Source of the DNA: Octopus bimaculoides
Lineage: Eukaryota
DNA length: 53,059 nucleotides
NCBI RefSeq assembly: GCF_001194135.2
Contig: NC_068995.1
Coordinates: 9,747,442 to 9,800,500 of the forward strand
Direction: 5' to 3'
The notes beneath the pieces are model-generated. The model was not told the DNA's origin, did not search any database, and saw only the letters and a program-made list of their open reading frames with translations. Below are positions 49,955 through 53,059 of this stretch, piece by piece. How positions within the stretch are numbered: the first letter of the stretch is position 1; the number at the start of each line of letters is the position of its first letter. The position numbers and the translations under genes were made by a program.

Positions 49955-50295
49955 AAAGGGTAAAGACCCCCTTTGGTCATGAATGACCATGGGATTGCGC
50001 CTAGAAAGTTACCCCCTGAGGCACAAGTCTGGGCAAGATTGTTTCTGGAAGACCAGCAGTTGCCCATGCATACCAGCCTCCCATCTTCATGCTACCGATG
50101 TTATCCAAGGGAAAGGCAAAGGGGCTGATACAGTTTGGCACCTGTGAAGTCGCAACTCATTTTTACAGCTGAGTGAACTGGAGCAATGTGAAATAAAGTG
50201 TCTTGCTCAAGAACACAACACATGGTCTGGTCTGGGAATTGATCTCACTACTTCATAATTGTGAGCCTGATGCTCTAACCACTGAGCCATGCACC
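49955..50295 (-). mobile_element. SINE family C
   Basis: Reverse complement of 3911-4258; lies inside endophilin intron 3. Confidence 0.85.
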
Positions 50296-50457
50296 TTCTC
50301 AAAATAACCAGGTAGATAGGGGTATTTATTGAACTACCAGTTCTATAGTCTTGAGTTCAAATTTATCTTCTTTCTTCTCATTCTATCATTATTGTTTTCC
50401 TTCTTTCTTTCTTTCCACTTTTTTTTTCTTTTTATTCCTTGTTTTCTCTTTCCATAG

Positions 50458-50598
50458 CTTCAAGAGCAAAACTGATGGCTTTTAACTCCTTTTCGAAAAT
50501 TCGGGGCCAAGCAAAGAGTTCAGTTTATCCTCAACCAGAAGGAACTCTAGGAGAAACCATGATTAAATATGGAAAAGATTTAGGAGAAGATAGATTTG
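50458..50598 (+). CDS. EndoA: Endophilin A coding exon 4, (A)SRAKLMAFNSFSKIRGQAKSSVYPQPEGTLGETMIKYGKDLGEDRF+G
   Basis: Pyrimidine tract then CCATAG acceptor; GTAAG donor. 141 nt, phase 1/1. Contains the endophilin H1-insert helix ASRAKL...SKIRGQ...YPQ. Confidence 0.97.
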
Positions 50599-50828
50599 GT
50601 AAGTACAACACACACATACATGTACACTCATAAAGGAATTTATACAAGATGGAATAAATAGGTTTTAATTACAAACTACATTTGTTTCAATGCTGTGACA
50701 ACAGTTGCCAGTTGCTGAGTTTTCATTCTCATACCATTACATAAAATCATTTTATAAATAATTACGTAAATAAATATCTTGTAGCAATATCTCTGCGCCG
50801 GTACTTCATCAGGTAGGTTGCTTTAAAG

Positions 50829-50873
<45 letters not shown>

Positions 50874-52007
50874 TGACCAAGATAATGTATCCATAGAATC
50901 TCACCAGTAATAATTAAAGATTATTTTATTGAAAAGAAAAAAAAAACAAAACAAAAAATGGTGAACTGATGGCAGTGTATTTAATGGTCCTGGCACGAGA
51001 CACCACACAGTTAGACTGAACTCCAAACTGTGCGGTTAGGAATCGAACTTCTTACCTGTCAGCCAAGCCACACCTGTGCACATATGTTCATACGAATATG
51101 AACAATAAAGATGTGTGACGCTTATAAGGCAAAAACGAACTGCATACCAGAAGGTGGGTTTATTATTATTTCTATGGTTGAATTTAGGTTTTTGTGTATG
51201 ATTCATTGTTAACATATGTGGATCAGCACAGGACATAGGCAGACACAACAGAGGCTGTGTGTCCGTGTCCTGGAGAGTGAGAGAGAGACAGTGACATTGT
51301 GGTGGTGGTGGTGGTTGCATTGATAGTGGAACAGTATGCAGGTGCCAGTGGTGGTGGTGATGGTGGTCGGAAGATGAGTGTCAAAGGTGGTGTTCTAAGG
51401 GGTGAGGTGGACGGGAGGGGGAGACATGTGAGTAGGGCAGCTGTTTGATAGTTATGTCTACTTTGCACACTTTCATTTGCTTTATATACACATCACAGTT
51501 ACTCTGGTACTTACACACACACACACACACTAACACATACACTCATACACATTCTTTGGTACACATATTTACATTAAGATACTACACTCATGTTTTATAC
51601 ACGCACATGTACACATACATGTACACACACACACACACACTTGTACACTCTGCCCCATCCCCATCACAGACAGGGGAGGCAAACGTATTTTTAGAATGTG
51701 TGAGAAATTGAAATTTTAAAATTTGTGTGTGTGTGTGTGTGTGTGTGTATGGCTGCAGTCAAATGACAGAAACAAGTAAAACAAAAGAAGAATCTATCTC
51801 TCTATCTACCTATCTACCTACCTATCTATCTATCTGCCTACCAACCTACCTACCTACCTGTCTGTCTACTGTCAAACTCATGCTATATAATTAGTTAGAA
51901 TGCTACCATAGGTTTCAAGCCAACAATTATACCCATGCAGTATTGATGGTAACATTCTGACCAGTTAGATACATAACCAGTAATATACTGCTTGGCAATA
52001 TATATTG

Positions 52008-52225
52008 CCAGTACCGCTTGACTGGCCTTCGTGCCGGTGGCACGTAAAAGCACCCACTACACTCTCTGAGTGGTTGGTGTTAGGAAGGGCATCCAGCTGT
52101 TGAAAATCTGCCAAATCAGATTGGAGCGTGGTGTAGCCATCTGGTTTTACCAGTCCTCAGTCAAATCATCCAACCCATGCTAGCATGGAAAGCAGACGTT
52201 AAACGATGATGATGATGATGATGAT
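52008..52225 (+). mobile_element. Family D retroposon
   Basis: GTGCCGGTGGCACGTAAAAGCACCCACTACACTCTC...CCAACCCATGCTAGCATGGAAAGCAGACGTTAAACG(ATG)n. Other copies or fragments lie near 10913, 29685, 31285, 31880 and 43315. Confidence 0.85.
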
Positions 52226-52227
52226 AC

Positions 52228-52314
<87 letters not shown>

Positions 52315-52519
52315 AAATCTTAGGGAATAATAAGTATACCAGGTTATCAGGACACTTACTATTTTACACTTTACTAATGCAATTTAAACAGTATCATTTA
52401 TAATATAATTAAAAATTTGGGATTTTACCAATAGAGCACCAACACCTGTATGTAAATGTGTGAAAGACAGCGATTTTACCTAGCTTAGTGTATTTTATCA
52501 AGTACAGAAAACTGCTACA

Positions 52520-52690
52520 TCCCCCGGGCCCTTGTCATTTCCTTAGGGAAGCCGAGCTTCTGAAGATCCTGTCTCACCACTTCGTCCCACGTCTTCCTGG
52601 GTCTACCCTTTCCACAGGTACCCTCCACAATTAGAGCTCTGCACTTCTTTATGCTGCTGTCCTCATCCATACGGATATGTGCCATTGAAA
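52520..52690 (-). pseudogene. RTE-clade LINE ORF C-terminal fragment
   Basis: Minus frame RMDEDSSIKKCRALIVEGTCGKGRPRKTWDEVVRQDLQKLG carries the RTE GRPRKTW motif. Confidence 0.85.
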
Positions 52691-52958
52691 TTGAGGTGCA
52701 TCTGCTATGCCCATGTGTCTTTTATGCCATCAAATACGGTACCCTAATATTGGAAATAGAAATAGTGGTGATGGTTGGGTGGTGGTGGTTCTTTGAACCA
52801 ATTATTTCAGTAGCAGAATGTTTTAAGAGAGTTCTTAAGTGCTTTTTTTCTCTACAAAGAAATCACTTTTTCTAGCCCCCCCCCAACCCTGAAATGGAAT
52901 AAACTCTTTGCTTTCTTTCTTTTTTTTTTTTTTATTTCATCTCCCATCCATTATTTAG

Positions 52959-53059
52959 GAGCCTGCTTAAGTGAAGCTGGGGAAGCCTTCAAAGATCTTG
53001 CAGACATCAAATATGCCCTCGAGGACAATGTTAAACAGAATTTCTTGGATCCCTTGAAT
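52959..53059 (+). CDS. EndoA: Endophilin A coding exon 5, truncated by the window end: (G)ACLSEAGEAFKDLADIKYALEDNVKQNFLDPLN
   Basis: Poly-T tract then TATTTAG acceptor, phase 1, open to the window end. The motif KxxLxxxVKQNFxDPL is typical of endophilin BAR helix 2. Confidence 0.96.

Overview
Eukaryotic, repeat-rich genomic DNA with about 6.7 kb of N gaps in a draft-style assembly. The SINE/MITE repertoire and microsatellite load look like an octopus (coleoid cephalopod) genome; this is inferred from recalled repeat families, not from a search. The only solid protein-coding content is four + strand exons (the last cut off by the window end) of an endophilin A gene (SH3GL/EndoA, N-BAR domain) at 33127-33195, 49450-49522, 50458-50598 and 52959->53059. 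Its first coding exon was not found. Nearly all listed ORFs are microsatellite or gap artefacts. The rest is SINEs of four families (A-D here), TTAA-ended MITEs, a hAT MITE, Tc1/mariner and RTE remnants, and simple repeats. There are no prokaryotic features and no CRISPR array. The strongest unexplained signals are: (1) a 351-bp tandem unit inside endophilin intron 2 whose two copies each carry a minimal type-I hammerhead ribozyme on the minus strand (retrozyme/Penelope-like); (2) a head-to-head palindrome of a tRNA-headed element carrying a different hammerhead; (3) a ~52-bp-period array of six ZNF143/Staf-like motifs. All ribozyme and motif calls are by eye, and activity is untested.
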